A stretch of 63,068 bases of DNA, counting the filler, from Octopus bimaculoides (taxonomy: Eukaryota), in the NCBI RefSeq assembly GCF_001194135.2. It is 3 parts of 3 records of this genome, joined end to end, with 100 filler letters (N's around TTAATTAATTAA, not from the genome) between each part and the next. Parts side by side here need not be neighbours in the genome. Positions count along the whole stretch, not along the records: positions 34,124 to 63,068 come from NC_068983.1; 2 more parts are not named here. One strand, 5' to 3'. The notes beneath the pieces were generated by a model. That model did no database searches. It was not told the DNA's origin and saw only the letters and a list, made by a program, of their open reading frames with translations. Every line of letters begins with the position of its first letter. Position 1 is the first letter of the stretch. Both the position numbers and the translations under genes were made by a program. Below are positions 50,331-63,068 of this stretch, piece after piece.

Positions 50331-50684
50331 ATATACAATAACCACTATGCAATAATATATACTCCGATTAAAGCGACAAATCTAAACAAATGACTGAAAA
50401 ATGATGAGCTTAACAGCAATAACATCAACAGTAACATGGCTTATCAACAGTAACATGGCTTCATGCACACCCGATAGAGCCAAACGCTCACCCATTAATT
50501 TCACTGAAATTTAATGTACAGATACAATCTAGTATTACATATAATATTTGTCTGTCTGTCCCTCTCTCTCTGTCCCTTTCTCTCTCTTTCTCACATACAT
50601 ACATACATACATACATATGTGTGACGCTAACTGTGTCATTCTTTATGAAAAAATTTGTTCTTCAAAAGTGTTTCAAATTTTGAC

Positions 50685-50881
50685 AAAAAGGCCAGCAGTG
50701 TTAGGAGGAGGGTTAGTTGATTATATCAAGCTCAATACTTGAGGAGTACCATATTCTATCGACTCCCAAAGGATAAAAGGTAGAATTGACCTCGGTGGGA
50801 TTCGAACTCAAAACTTAAACAGCCGGAAGAAATATAGCTAAACATTTTGTTTGACACTCAATCGATTCTGCCTGCTCACCA
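50685..50881 (-). mobile_element. SINE family A
   Basis: Reverse complement of the family A motifs. Confidence 0.75.
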
Positions 50882-51204
50882 TTAAGTGGTGACATCTCAT
50901 AAAATCCTGATATAAACTGTTTCTGCATCCTTGTGATTCTTCAGCATAGATAAGAGATAGTGAATTCATTATATTTATAAGTAGTATGTTCAAGGAATTG
51001 TGAGAATTCATTAAAAGTGATAAACTTAAACATGCGTATGTTTTCTCACAAACGCACATTTCTCGGTATGATTGTGTATGCATATGCTTATGTGTGTGTG
51101 ATTGCATGTGCATATACATATATGAGTATATTGTTAATGTCGTTGTTGTTGCGATTGTGGCTAACAAGCATCTTATCGTAATATCATATTTAAATTATTT
51201 TCAT

Positions 51205-51575
51205 AGTTACACAAACAGCAGAACAGCGTACCACTGCATAATACCAAAAATCCTAACATTGCCGTCACAATACAAGACCAGATATCGCAACAGCTTTTGT
51301 TTCAAGGGCCCACAGCTCTTCAATATCTTCCCAAAAGACCTGAGAGACCAATATAGTGTGGATGTAGGTGTCTTTAAAACAAAACTGGATCTCCTCCGGT
51401 CAAGAATTCCGTATGAACCTACCACGAGGCAAGAAACACAGATGAGGGCAGCAGCATCAGACTCCCTCATTCACAAAATGCCACAAATCAGAGAAGCTTT
51501 TAAGAAGTGAAAGTGTAGCAAAGCAAACACCAGAATTGCTGCAGCTCTCGAGCTGAAATTAGTATAGTTAAAAAA
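51205..51575 (+). mobile_element. 5'-truncated CR1-group LINE 3' end
   Basis: SFCFKGPQLFNIFPKDLRD..VFKTKLDLL..PYEPT then 3' UTR and poly(A). Confidence 0.8.
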
Positions 51576-52529
51576 AAAAAAAAAGAAAGAAAAAAAAACG
51601 TTTATATTTAAATAGAAGACAAAGTATAAAGAAAACTGTACAGATGCATATATCATCTCTACCCCTTTCCCCGGTACTCATAAAATTTTTCACCGTCTCC
51701 AAGAATGATACCACTCATTTTGAGGAGCATTATTCTACAGAATCTTTACCAAACAATATAACATAGCATATACTATACTCAATTACCTACCAATAAAATA
51801 ACGCACCACATACTCATATATAATCTATATCCGATACTATAGCATCAACAACTTTTATACCGCGCACATTTTACACAACTTTTGCTCATTATTATTACAA
51901 AACATCACATGTTCTATGCATTCACAGTCTGAGACTAACGTGCATAACGTAAATCATACAGCATAAAAAAAAACATTATGCAGCAAAATAACACAACTTA
52001 CATAGCATATACTCTACACAACAGACGAAACAGTAGAAGGAGGAAAAACAGTAGAAGGAGCAAAACTGATGTAGCACACAATAACGTAGCAAGGAGTCCT
52101 TAGCAATCGAGAGCAACAACTCTTGGTGTCACCATTATAATTGATAGGTACGACAGGCTAGAAAACAATTTGCAAAAGATTTTACTTATGTCAAGGAATG
52201 AGTGCGCTTCTCTATTCCTTTTTACTATGCTTCACGTAGCATTCAAACACAATTCGCTCTCCCCAAAAGACGATGTTATACATAAGACAATGCTATATAT
52301 ATTTCATGAATACTGAGGTACACTTGGTGGAGCAGAAGAATCTCGCATAAGTCTATTTAAAGCATGATAAATAGTAAAACTTAATTTGTTTTAAGAGTGA
52401 TAGATGAGGAGGTTGTACAAAGAAAAATTACACGTAATCGAACGTGGAGAAACAGGTTTGGATAGCAATAGAATAAAGGAAAAGCATACGAAATCTTCAA
52501 ACAGGAGAACCCCTATTGGAATGATTCAT

Positions 52530-52685
52530 AATGGCACTTCTTGTAGTCAAGCAAATCGACCCCAGGACATATTCTTTGTAAACCTAGTACTTATTCTATC
52601 GGTCTTTTTGCCGAACCGCAAAGTTACGGGGACGTAAACACGCCAGCATCGGTTGTCAAGCGATGTTGTGGGACACACACACACA

Positions 52686-52729
<44 letters not shown>

Positions 52730-52882
52730 ATGACCCCTCCTTCAGATTCCGTCCACCAAATTCACTCACAAGGAACTGGTAAGCCTGAGGTTATAGCAGA
52801 AGATACTTGCCTAAAGTGCCACGCAGAAGGACTGAACCCAGAACCATGCGGTTGGTTGGCAAGCTACCTACCACACAGCCAC
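52530..52882 (-). mobile_element. SINE family B, near full length
   Basis: Body, (CA)(TA)n and head motifs. Confidence 0.88.
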
Positions 52883-53689
52883 ACCTGCACCTAATGTTGA
52901 AGTGAATCTAACGGTCACCGTGTGCTTTCAAATGGCCCATAAACACCTTCCACGCTGCAATTATTATTTTTTTCAGCACACGATCTCAGATCAGGTCACT
53001 TGCTATGCAAGTACATCTCCGTAATGTGATATTCATGTATAAGAAACTCTCGTATTTTCTAACATAATTTTTGACAAAAATAAGGGTTATTTATACACGT
53101 TAAAATACGATATATCTATGAAATAGTATAATTGCTAGGATTTATTTCAGTATAAATNNNNNNNNNNNNNNNNNNNNNNNNNNNNNNNNNNNNNNNNNNN
53201 NNNNNNNNNNNNNNNNNNNNNNNNNNNNNNNNNNNNNNNNNNNNNNNNNNNNNNNNNNNNNNNNNNNNNNNNNNNNNNNNNNNNNNNNNNNNNNNNNNNN
53301 NNNNNNNNNNNNNNNNNNNNNNNNNNNNNNNNNNNNNNNNNNNNNNNNNNNNNNNNNNNNNNNNNNNNNNNNNNNNNNNNNNNNNNNNNNNNNNNNNNNN
53401 NNNNNNNNNNNNNNNNNNNNNNNNNNNNNNNNNNNNNNNNNNNNNNNNNNNNNNNNNNNNNNNNNNNNNNNNNNNNNNNNNNNNNNNNNNNNNNNNNNNN
53501 NNNNNNNNNNNNNNNNNNNNNNNNNNNNNNNNNNNNNNNNNNNNNNNNNNNNNNNNNNNNNNNNNNNNNNNNNNNNNNNNNNNNNNNNNNNNNNNNNNNN
53601 NNNNNNNNNNNNNNNNNNNNNNNNNNNNNNNNNNNNNNNNNNNNNNNNNNNNNNNNNNNNNNNNNNNNNNNNNNNNNNNNNNNNNNNNN

Positions 53690-54020
53690 CGTGCCGATAT
53701 CCACAGCTTTGTGCGCCGCGTTAGGTTGTGTGCGCTTTTCCGCGACACTCCACTTGCATCTAATGAGGAGGACTGCTTCACTGACCTGGGCCGCCGACCA
53801 TCCCAGTGGCCACCAGCTCCTGGCCAGTTCCAAGCAGTCGATCTTTTTGCGGGCGCCTGCCTGCGTGCTGTGGACCGGTTTGACTTTTCCAAGCATCCCC
53901 GACATCTAAACATCTCCCCAGCCGAACTCTCGGTCCTTCGATGTCTCCGACGCCGCACGGACATCATCATAAAACCGGCCGACAAGGGTGGAACCGTGGT
54001 GGTGTGACGCGCGGACCTTT
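53690..54020 (+). mobile_element. Penelope-like element RT N-terminal fragment
   Basis: NISPAELSVLRCLRRRTDIIIKPADKGGTVVV motif; GC-rich; 5' side lost in a gap. Confidence 0.85.
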
Positions 54021-54069
54021 TAAATAGCTGTCTTTCTTACTGCGAGGTTAATTACAAACTCGAAGAAGC

Positions 54070-54848
54070 AGCCTTTTATCTTAAGTATTTATTTAATAAA
54101 CATGCCTTAGATACAGCTCCACTTATCCACGGCTTGTTATTCTCAGGCATGAGATTAAGACAAAATATAATATTATAACAGCCAAGCTGATATTTCTGAT
54201 AAGCCAAGTATCTTAGTCAAGAAGTATCTTTAAAAACGAAACGTTCAAATTATATTACTTTCATTTACAACTGTCCTTAAAATTGTATTGAAGCGTAGTC
54301 GTCGGAAGATAAGTAAACATATCAGAGCCTGTCAACCTATATCAGCTATTGTCGTCTGCATCAGTCAAACACGCTCATCATATGAAACCACGGCGACGAC
54401 AACCCGTACCCTTTGCCACGACATCCTCTGTTGACTTCAAGTTTTTCGCTGTCAGATTTTCGTATAGAACAATATACAAAGAAAAATAATTGGTAGGGTG
54501 GAAAAAATGAGAGTATATTAAACGCCCGGTAGCATTTAATTATGTCTCTTTATGCTTTTCAGTTCAGAATACCGCAAGCGTGATAGATTTCTAGAATCCT
54601 TAGGGTGTCGGACAAAACAGCTATCAATATTTGTTTCGGTTCTTAATGGTTTGAGTTCAAATCCAGTCGGTGTCAACATTGACATTCAACATTGCTGGAT
54701 CGATAAACTAGGTTCTCCTTAAGAACTAAAATAGATTTAATTGACTGCTCTCACACTCAAAAGAAGTGTGACCCTTTGCTTACGTTAGAAATATAGAAAT
54801 TATTATTATTGTTATTATTACTACTCCTCCTCCTCCTCCTCCTCCTAC

Positions 54849-54880
<32 letters not shown>

Positions 54881-55058
54881 CAAGAGAGTAAATCGTCTGA
54901 CATCAGTCATTTTCTTTATTATTATAACATATTGATATATCACTTCTACAACTGCTGTTTATTGTCTGATTTATATAGAAGTTACTAAATGTCACTAATA
55001 AATCTTCCTTTTAACATCTGCCTGTCTCAGCAGCTCTTTAAATATAGCTTTTTAATTT
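54070..55058. repeat. Paralogous module copy 3, containing two degenerate SINE A copies (54490-54810)
   Basis: Blocks X/Y 54070-54430 and Z 54875-55058 align with copy 1. Confidence 0.82.
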
Positions 55059-55249
55059 CACGACTTTCCGCCAACACGCATACTCACGCACGCGCATACA
55101 CACACGCACACGAGCGTGCGCGCGGACACACACACACAAACACACACGCACGCGCATACACACACACGCACTCACATATACACAAACACATACACAAACA
55201 TAAATATACACGAACAATCATGTATGTATGCATGTATTTTCTTTTATTC

Positions 55250-55560
55250 TTTTACTTGTTTCAGTCATTTGACTGCGGCCATATTGGAGCACCGCCTTTT
55301 AGTCGAACACATCGACCCCAGGATTTATTCTTTGTAAGCCTAGTACTTATTCTATCGGTCTTTTTCGCCGAACCGCTAGGTTACAGGGACTTAAACACAC
55401 CAGCATCGGTTGTCGGGTGATGGTGGGGAAACAAACACAGACACACACATACACACACACACACACATATGCATATATACGACGGGCTTCTTTCAGGTTC
55501 CTTCTACCAAATCCACTCACAAGGCTTTGATCGGTCTGAGGCTACAGCAGAAGACTCAGG
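55250..55560 (-). mobile_element. SINE family B truncated by a gap
   Basis: TTACTTGTTTCAGTCATTTGACTGCGGCC..GACGGGCTTCTTTCAG. Confidence 0.9.
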
Positions 55561-56072
55561 NNNNNNNNNNNNNNNNNNNNNNNNNNNNNNNNNNNNNNNN
55601 NNNNNNNNNNNNNNNNNNNNNNNNNNNNNNNNNNNNNNNNNNNNNNNNNNNNNNNNNNNNNNNNNNNNNNNNNNNNNNNNNNNNNNNNNNNNNNNNNNNN
55701 NNNNNNNNNNNNNNNNNNNNNNNNNNNNNNNNNNNNNNNNNNNNNNNNNNNNNNNNNNNNNNNNNNNNNNNNNNNNNNNNNNNNNNNNNNNNNNNNNNNN
55801 NNNNNNNNNNNNNNNNNNNNNNNNNNNNNNNNNNNNNNNNNNNNNNNNNNNNNNNNNNNNNNNNNNNNNNNNNNNNNNNNNNNNNNNNNNNNNNNNNNNN
55901 NNNNNNNNNNNNNNNNNNNNNNNNNNNNNNNNNNNNNNNNNNNNNNNNNNNNNNNNNNNNNNNNNNNNNNNNNNNNNNNNNNNNNNNNNNNNNNNNNNNN
56001 NNNNNNNNNNAATTAAATTCAATTTATTAAAAATTAAAATGAAATTAAGTTTCACAGTATCAAAAATATATG

Positions 56073-56280
56073 TATAGTTTTAGGGAAAAGAACCAAGGTT
56101 CATGAACTCATCGATGAAATTCCAGTCTCACATATAGAAAAATTAATCTTTATCTTATGATATTTACTTTGTATTATATTATACTTATTTACTGTGCTTT
56201 TACTTATTAATTTTTCTATATGTGACAGTGGATTTTCATCGATGAGTCCATGAACCTTGGTTCTTTTCCCTAAAACTATA
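56073..56280. mobile_element. MITE with 75-bp TIRs in a TA context (Tc1/mariner type)
   Basis: 56073-56147 versus 56206-56280, 4 mismatches; 58-nt AT-rich spacer. Confidence 0.85.
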
Positions 56281-56618
56281 TATATATATGTACAGACAGA
56301 CAGACACACAAGATGAGGGAGAAGGGGAGAAAAAAGAATTAGAGAAAGGAAGAGAGAGGGAGAGAGAACAGTACATGGTAGAGTCGCGTCAAAATTATCA
56401 AGATAAACTTATTTGGAAATGGATTCGTGACGTTCAATCATATAATAATATAAATAAAATATATACATATATGCATATATACATACATACATATATATGT
56501 ATGTATATATATATATAGAGAGAGAGAGAAAGAGAGAGAGAGAGAGTGAGAGAGAGAGAGGGAGATTTATATATATATATATATATATATCTGTGTGTGT
56601 GTGTGTGTGTTATTTCTT

Positions 56619-56843
56619 TACTACCTACAAGGGGCTACACACAGAGGAGACAAACAAGGTCAGACAAACGGATTAAGTCAATTATATCGACCCCAGTGCG
56701 TAACTGGTACTTATTTAATCGACCCCGAAAGGATGAAAGGCAAAGTCGACCTCGGCGGAATTTGAACTCAGAACGTAGTGGCAGACGAAATACCGCTAAG
56801 CATTTCGCCCGGCGTGCTAACATTTCTGCCAGCTCGCCGCCTT
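56619..56843 (-). mobile_element. SINE family A, young copy with an alternative 3' tail
   Basis: Near-consensus head and body, then AATCCGTTTGTCTGACCTTG..AGCCCCTTGTAGGTAG. Confidence 0.9.
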
Positions 56844-57091
56844 TATATATATGTGTGTGTGTGTGTGCATATATGTGTACAAGACGTCACAAAATATAAA
56901 CAACATAAAATACGAAAACATGTGGGATATCTTCTTATCATTTTACGGTGTATACCGGGGGTATACAGAGATTGTCTGCTCCCTGTCGGACTTTGCATTC
57001 CTCTCGACATTGTTACCCTTCATTCACCAGCATGGGTCATATTGTAGATATAAGATTTTGTTGTTAAAATTTATCTACAAAAAATTGCTTA

Positions 57092-57888
57092 CCGTAAATC
57101 CTCGAGTATAATCCGCATTTTTTCCCCAAAATTTAAAGGTCAAAATCCCTAGTGCGTACTATATACGAAGTTAAAAATGAAAAATATTTTCTAAGCAATG
57201 TCCGAGTCTCGATTTGCTGTCCGGAAATTTTTATTCAGACGCATTTTGTGATGTCGGGTGCGAAAATACCTCAAGCTAGGCCTGAAAGCAATGAAGTCAT
57301 AAAAGGATCATCCATAACTTGCAGTAAGCAACATTTATTAAAATAAAAGTGTTGTATATCGTCTGCACCTGATGGTACTCAGGATGACGTTGTGTGGAAA
57401 GATGAAATAAAAGTGAATCTTCTGATGTTGACTATGAATCTGACTATGACGGAGATTTACACTACAATGATGCTGACATGTTTACGGAGAAACAAATAGA
57501 ACAGTTATTTGATGCTGAAAGTGACGTTGAATTGGGAGGATTTGAATAAATGTTTTTGCTTTTGCTTTTGTAACTGATAGTGATAAATATGTGAAAGGCA
57601 AATTACTTAATATTTATTTTTCACTGACGTTATTACTGTTATTTCTTTATTTTCTGCAAACAAAGTGCACAAAAACGCTACACGTTTGCATTATGTTATA
57701 TGTATAATAATAATAAAGGACGTTACCGTATATATGTTTACAAACCAAGGACGTTATATAGACCTCCTTGACTCAAGTTAGAAAAAGGGTGCGTATTATA
57801 CACAAGGTTTAGGTTTTTCAGAGGTACAGCCCCCTAATAATCCCCTGCGTATTATACTCAAGGCCGGACTATACTCGAGGATTTACGG
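57092..57888 (+). mobile_element. Pogo/Tigger-type non-autonomous transposon
   Basis: TA|CCGTAAATCCTCGAGTATAATCCG..CGGACTATACTCGAGGATTTACGG|TA; retains KCCISSAPDGTQDDVVW and an acidic C-terminal tail. Confidence 0.9.
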
Positions 57889-58108
57889 TATACGTTTACA
57901 ATATACAAAATATCTTAACAATATTCTAAAATAATTACTAATAATATCTAATCAAAAATATCGTATGTCTTCCTTTTATTAAAAGATTTTATGATTCTTT
58001 AGACATCGACTAAGATATGAATCAAAGCGGTTCAATGGTAAAAACTGGTTGAAGAATACTGGTTTCGGCTAAAGGGTGCCTTCCATTCTCTATTGGCTTA
58101 GACTCAAG

Positions 58109-58420
58109 CAGTAGTTCTCAACCGGGGTCCATATAGCCCCTGAGGGTCCACTTAAGATTTTTGGGGTATATATAACAAAATAGTAAATTGAGGATTCAGA
58201 ATAATATTTTAAGGGCCCCTGAAAAAATTTTGCTTTGGATGTACGTATAGCAAGAAACAGGTAAGCTTCTTTCTCTAACATTTTACATGGTTCAACTTAC
58301 ACAACGAATTTTGAAAGTTTCTACAAAACTAGTCTTTAAACATTGAATTGCTACGGTGGTCCACCAGAATAAAATAGTAATCAGAGGGGTTTATAGATAA
58401 AAAATGGTGGTGAACCCTTA
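58109..58420. mobile_element. hAT (Charlie-type) MITE
   Basis: CAGTAGTTCTCAACCGGGG..GGTGGTGAACCCTTA; imperfect TSD GACTCAAG/GACTAAGG. Confidence 0.75.
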
Positions 58421-59024
58421 GACTAAGGTATCGCTTACACTCTGCATCGGTATTTATCCTTTCTGCTTAAATGTCAACACGTTAGGCTTGATTCAAAAGC
58501 GGAATCTAGCTATCATGTCAAGATGTTTATGGCATCTGTAGCGAATTGCTGAGGGCAACAGTTACCTTGCTTTAGTCTAATTTTAGTGGCTTGTTATACA
58601 ATGCAGTGTTACTCGTATTGATCGGACCAGCAAAAGGCTACTTAATCGGAGGGGAAAATGCTTATAAATTACTTATCGCTATTAAGGATTTGTTTTACTA
58701 CATTTGGTGGTTGATAAGAATTTGAATGTATATAGAGAGATAGGCAAAGTGTTACATAAGTTTTAATGCTATATTGCCAAATGTCAATCAAAAACAAAGA
58801 TAACGAGTTTGGAAGTGGATGGACGCATCATTAATAGATCAATAGATTTACAGAGAATTAATCAACAACAAGCAACTAGTTTTAGATGGTATAATAATTC
58901 AAGTTGAAGCCAGTCTGAGAGACTACCTTCAATTACTAAATCCGCGAGAAAAACAAATTTTAATCGCCAACAAGTTTTCCCCTTCCGTTCCTGATTTTGA
59001 AGCCTGCTCTCAAAAATCAGTTCG

Positions 59025-59250
59025 ACTAAAATTCTTCAAGGCAGTACCCCTGCATAGCCGCAGTCTAATGACTGAAACAGGTCAAAAATAAAAGACGAGC
59101 TTCTGCACAATTTCCATGCGGTTGCAAAGCGAGCTTTTAATCACACAGCTATGCCTGCGCCTTAAAAGTTGATTTGAACTCAGAATATAAAAGAACCGGG
59201 ATAAATACAGCAAGTCATTATTCTCTGAATTCTAACGATTCTGCCACTCC
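59025..59250. mobile_element. Cluster of SINE fragments (B tail +, B head -, A head -)
   Basis: TTCTTCAAGGCAGTACCCC..GACTGAAAC; CACACAGCTATGCCTGCGCC; TTTGAACTCAGA..GATTCTGCC. Confidence 0.6.
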
Positions 59251-59269
59251 ATCGATAGGCAGACAGAGC

Positions 59270-59330
<61 letters not shown>

Positions 59331-59382
59331 TGTATATGTATATATACACGTGGGGAAAATCTCTTCAACGGAATTCTTTTTT

Positions 59383-59420
<38 letters not shown>

Positions 59421-59426
59421 AATATT

Positions 59427-59514
<88 letters not shown>

Positions 59515-59873
59515 CGAGAGAGTATGCGTGTATGTATGTGAGTATGTCACGGAAAGGCTCCGAAACGGTGCGTCCCCGAGTAAAACGGATTTGATTTTCG
59601 AAATTTGCGTTCCAACAACATTGATATCAAGCTGACGACGAATGATACAGTTAATAATGGCTTCTTACGGAAGCCTTAGCATGTTTTGCTGTCATGATCA
59701 TGCTTTTATTCGGGAGTATTAGCCATATAAGTGATAATAAAAATATTTCCGAACGGAAGCTGAAACTTAGCTACAAACTTATTCTTCTTCACAACAGTCA
59801 GAGTGTACCTGTGGTTTTTTATGATGTACACGGTTCTTTGCATCTGTTCTAATAAACAAAGCAAAAGCCAAAC

Positions 59874-59909
<36 letters not shown>

Positions 59910-60616
59910 TACTAAAATTGATAATCTAATAAATCGAGTAGTAAAATGTATGTGGGCGTGTTTGTAGTGACGTGTTTATAACTTTCCTTGTGTGATGGTG
60001 TGCAAACTACATAAGAAAAAGAAGTTATATTTATGAGGCTTTCTATACACAGGTAAATCAAATATACTGTATATGGCCCATTTAGTTATCTGAGTGGTGT
60101 TTGTATGTGCATATAATGAATGTGTGCGTGCGTGCGGGTGTGCGTGTGCAAATATGAGAACGTTCCAAAATTGTTAGATTATATCGAAATGTATTTCTCA
60201 AGTAGTTAGTTTTACTCAGTCACACCTTATAGGACGTCCAACAAAAGTTGAAAGAGTTTGATTAACTTGATACATCAAAGCGGCTAACTTTAATGTCATT
60301 TATGATGTATTGTTGGGAATTTTTTACTAAGCAGGTGTTTAACTTTGAAGTATGAAAACTGAATAAATAAACAGCATAGCAGAGATAAATAGATTGTTAG
60401 ATGATTGGGTTGGTAACTAGGCTGGATATCTGTTTGGATAGGTGGATGGATTTTTAGGACCTATGGATAGAGAGAAATAAACAAATAAACAATTCAACTT
60501 ATTAGAATATATACACAGGCACGCATACATACATGCAGGCATACATACATACATACATACATACATACATACATGCATACGTACATACATACATATAGCG
60601 TGAACCTGTGAACGCG

Positions 60617-60661
<45 letters not shown>

Positions 60662-63030
60662 CTTTTACTTGTTTCAGTCATTGTACTGCAGCTATGCTGG
60701 GGCACCGCCTTGAAGGGTTTTAGTTGAAAAAAAATCGACCTCCAATACTTAGTTTTTTTCTTTTTAAACCTGGTACTTATTCTATCGGTCTCTGTTCTAG
60801 ACTGCTAAGTTACAGGGATGTAAACAAACTAACACCAGTTGCAAACCGGTTGTGGGACACACGCATACATGTGTACATGCATACATGTATGCCTACCTAC
60901 CTACCTACCTACCTACCTACATACATACATACATACATACATACATACATACATACATACATACATACATACATACATACATACATACATACAAACGTAC
61001 ATAACTATGCATGCTGGGATATGCAGAAAATAATAAAATCATCACCCACACATTTTTTTGTCGATAACCTCTGGTAACACGAACAACATCGAGAGACAAT
61101 TTAGAACAAGTCACAACATCCTCACAAGACATAACAATGGAGTCTGGGCAAGATAAATGCACATGCATGATAGTCAACCGAGGACTGATACTCGACCAGA
61201 CAGAGAACAAAGTACGTCTATGGCCTGTCTATTTCCCTTATTTCTAATGATGAAAACTATACGTATCGCGGAATCGATGAGAGTGTTGCATACGTTGGTG
61301 CTGTGATTAAAGCCAGAATAGCAAAAGAATATTTCTGTAGACTCCGGAAAATATGGAACTGAGAAGTGTCTGCATTTAACAAGACCATATCTCACAACAC
61401 TTTTGCATTGCCAGTGCTAGTGCTAACATCTGGGATATTGGACTGGACACTCGATGAGATACGCAGCCTGGACGTCACAACCATAAAGGTACAGCCACCA
61501 ATGACAACTTCCACATTAACAGAGACACCAATAAGATCTATGCGAGACGAAGTGATGGTGGTAGAGGTACAAGGTCAACCCAAAGAGCCTTTGAATGTCG
61601 CATTGTATCACTTAGACAACACCAGCTGAATAGTAAAGAAAAAAATGAGCACACTCCATGCATACCCTAAAGTGAGAGCAACATCATTAGAGTTGGAGAA
61701 GAATTACTGTGCAGGTACTCTGAGAATACAACTCTCATGCGACCCAAAGGAAGCCTACTAAAACAGAAGCTTGGAGGAGAAGCAGGCATCATTACGGCTG
61801 AAAGCAAAGCATAGATACATATCCTGTAAGCAAACAGACATGCAGCTTAGTTACCAACCCAATCATCTAACGAGCTATGGATGGATTATTGGGACTAATG
61901 GATAGAGTGACATAGACAATTCAACTCAACAGCATTGACAAAAATAATAACTACTCTTGGACCTATCATAAATACATTACATCCCACATTGAAGGATATG
62001 CCCTCGCTATCCAAGAATAGGAGATAGCCACTAAATACCTCATAAACAAGAGAGAAGGTATCACCAAACCTTCGCGTCGTGATAGAAAATGTCTATGCTA
62101 TAGTAGTTTGGAAGATATCCCCTGCATCATCAGCATCTGTGCCAAAATGCCAACGGATACTACCTGCTCTTGAGGCATTATATAGTCTCAAAGACTATTT
62201 ACAATGCTATCCGTATGAAGGATTTACCTAACGTGTACATCAAGGGCATGTCAGAACCAGCATGTATCCATACCTTCAAAAACAAGGAATACTGGTGGAA
62301 CACGCCAATAAAAACAAAAATTTGGTCCAAACATAACATACCTGATATTCTTCTGTGGAACAGGAACGAGAAGTCATCCATTGTAGTACAAGTCAGCTGC
62401 CCAACGGATGTGAATGTATCATCAAAAGTCCAGCAAAAAGAGAACATTTATGGCGAATTAATCGAAACTTACAGCTCTTGTACTCTGATAAAAAAATTCT
62501 CATTTGTACTTATTAGCATAGATGGATTAGGCTATGTACTTACAAATTTACAAATTTCAGGTTTTACGAAGAAAGAGCAAAAGAAATTGATGCGGATTTT
62601 CTAAATCCAGTCTATTAATGGTACAGTGAAGAGTATAAGAGATTTCAGAGATTCTCTACCTGAGAATCTTTCGATGAATAGATACACATACCCATGCGTG
62701 TGCATCGACAGCTTAGCTAACACACCAACTCAACCCCGTATTTACAAACACCGGGAGCTATCTTAACTCAAAGAGTCTTGTCGCTTACTTTCGTAAGAAG
62801 AACTTAAATAAAACTCATACGTAGGTACGTACATACATACATACATACATACACACATACATACATACATACATACATACATACATACATACATACATAC
62901 ATACATACATACGACAGGCTTCATCCTGTTTCCGCAAATCAAATCCGCTCACAAGGTTTTGGTCGACACTAGCCCAAGATACCACACAGTGAAACTGAGC
63001 CTGGAGCCATGTGGTTTGGGAAGGAAATTT
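60662..63030 (-). mobile_element. SINE family B split in two: tail/body 60662-60860, head 62912-63030
   Basis: Both halves on minus in the correct order, separated by (CATA)n - R4 element - (CATA)n. Confidence 0.75.
60995..62815 (+). mobile_element. 5'-truncated R4/Dong-clade non-LTR retrotransposon (RT end plus restriction-like endonuclease)
   Basis: SQDITMESGQDKC, NKTISHNTFALPVL, DGGRG motifs; RLE HNIPDILLW..VQVSCPTDVNV..KENIYGEL; many stops. Confidence 0.8.
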
Positions 63031-63068
63031 GTATACAGTCACGACTCCATGTATATATATATATATAT

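Overview
AT-rich, microsatellite-dense eukaryotic genomic DNA with about a dozen N-gaps. The repeat families (tRNA-derived SINEs with AT/CA cassettes, RTE, CR1, R4 and Penelope retroelements, mariners) look like an octopus (coleoid cephalopod) draft assembly; that assignment is by recognition and unverified. I found no host protein-coding gene I can name, no rRNA, tRNA or CRISPR array, and most ORFs in the track are microsatellite or N-gap artefacts. The window is mostly decayed mobile elements: three Tc1/mariner relics, a pogo-type element, several hAT, mariner and foldback MITEs, a Merlin-like element carrying (CCCTAA)5 nested in a mariner, a Gypsy gag-pol relic, RTE, CR1 and R4 LINE pieces, two Penelope fragments and more than 30 SINE copies. 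The most notable observations are: (1) a strongly CpG-depleted 15 kb domain (18.7-34.0 kb) bounded by two artificial six-frame-stop gap linkers; (2) three old paralogous modules at about 39-41, 47-49 and 54-55 kb sharing a conserved promoter-like block and a candidate short intron; (3) two RTE LINEs with twin-priming-type 5' inversions, one with a 13-bp TSD; (4) Penelope-type hammerhead ribozyme motifs, one near-intact; (5) an R4/Dong-like LINE inserted into the internal (CATA)n of a SINE. Coordinates of degenerate repeats are approximate and all alignments were done by eye.
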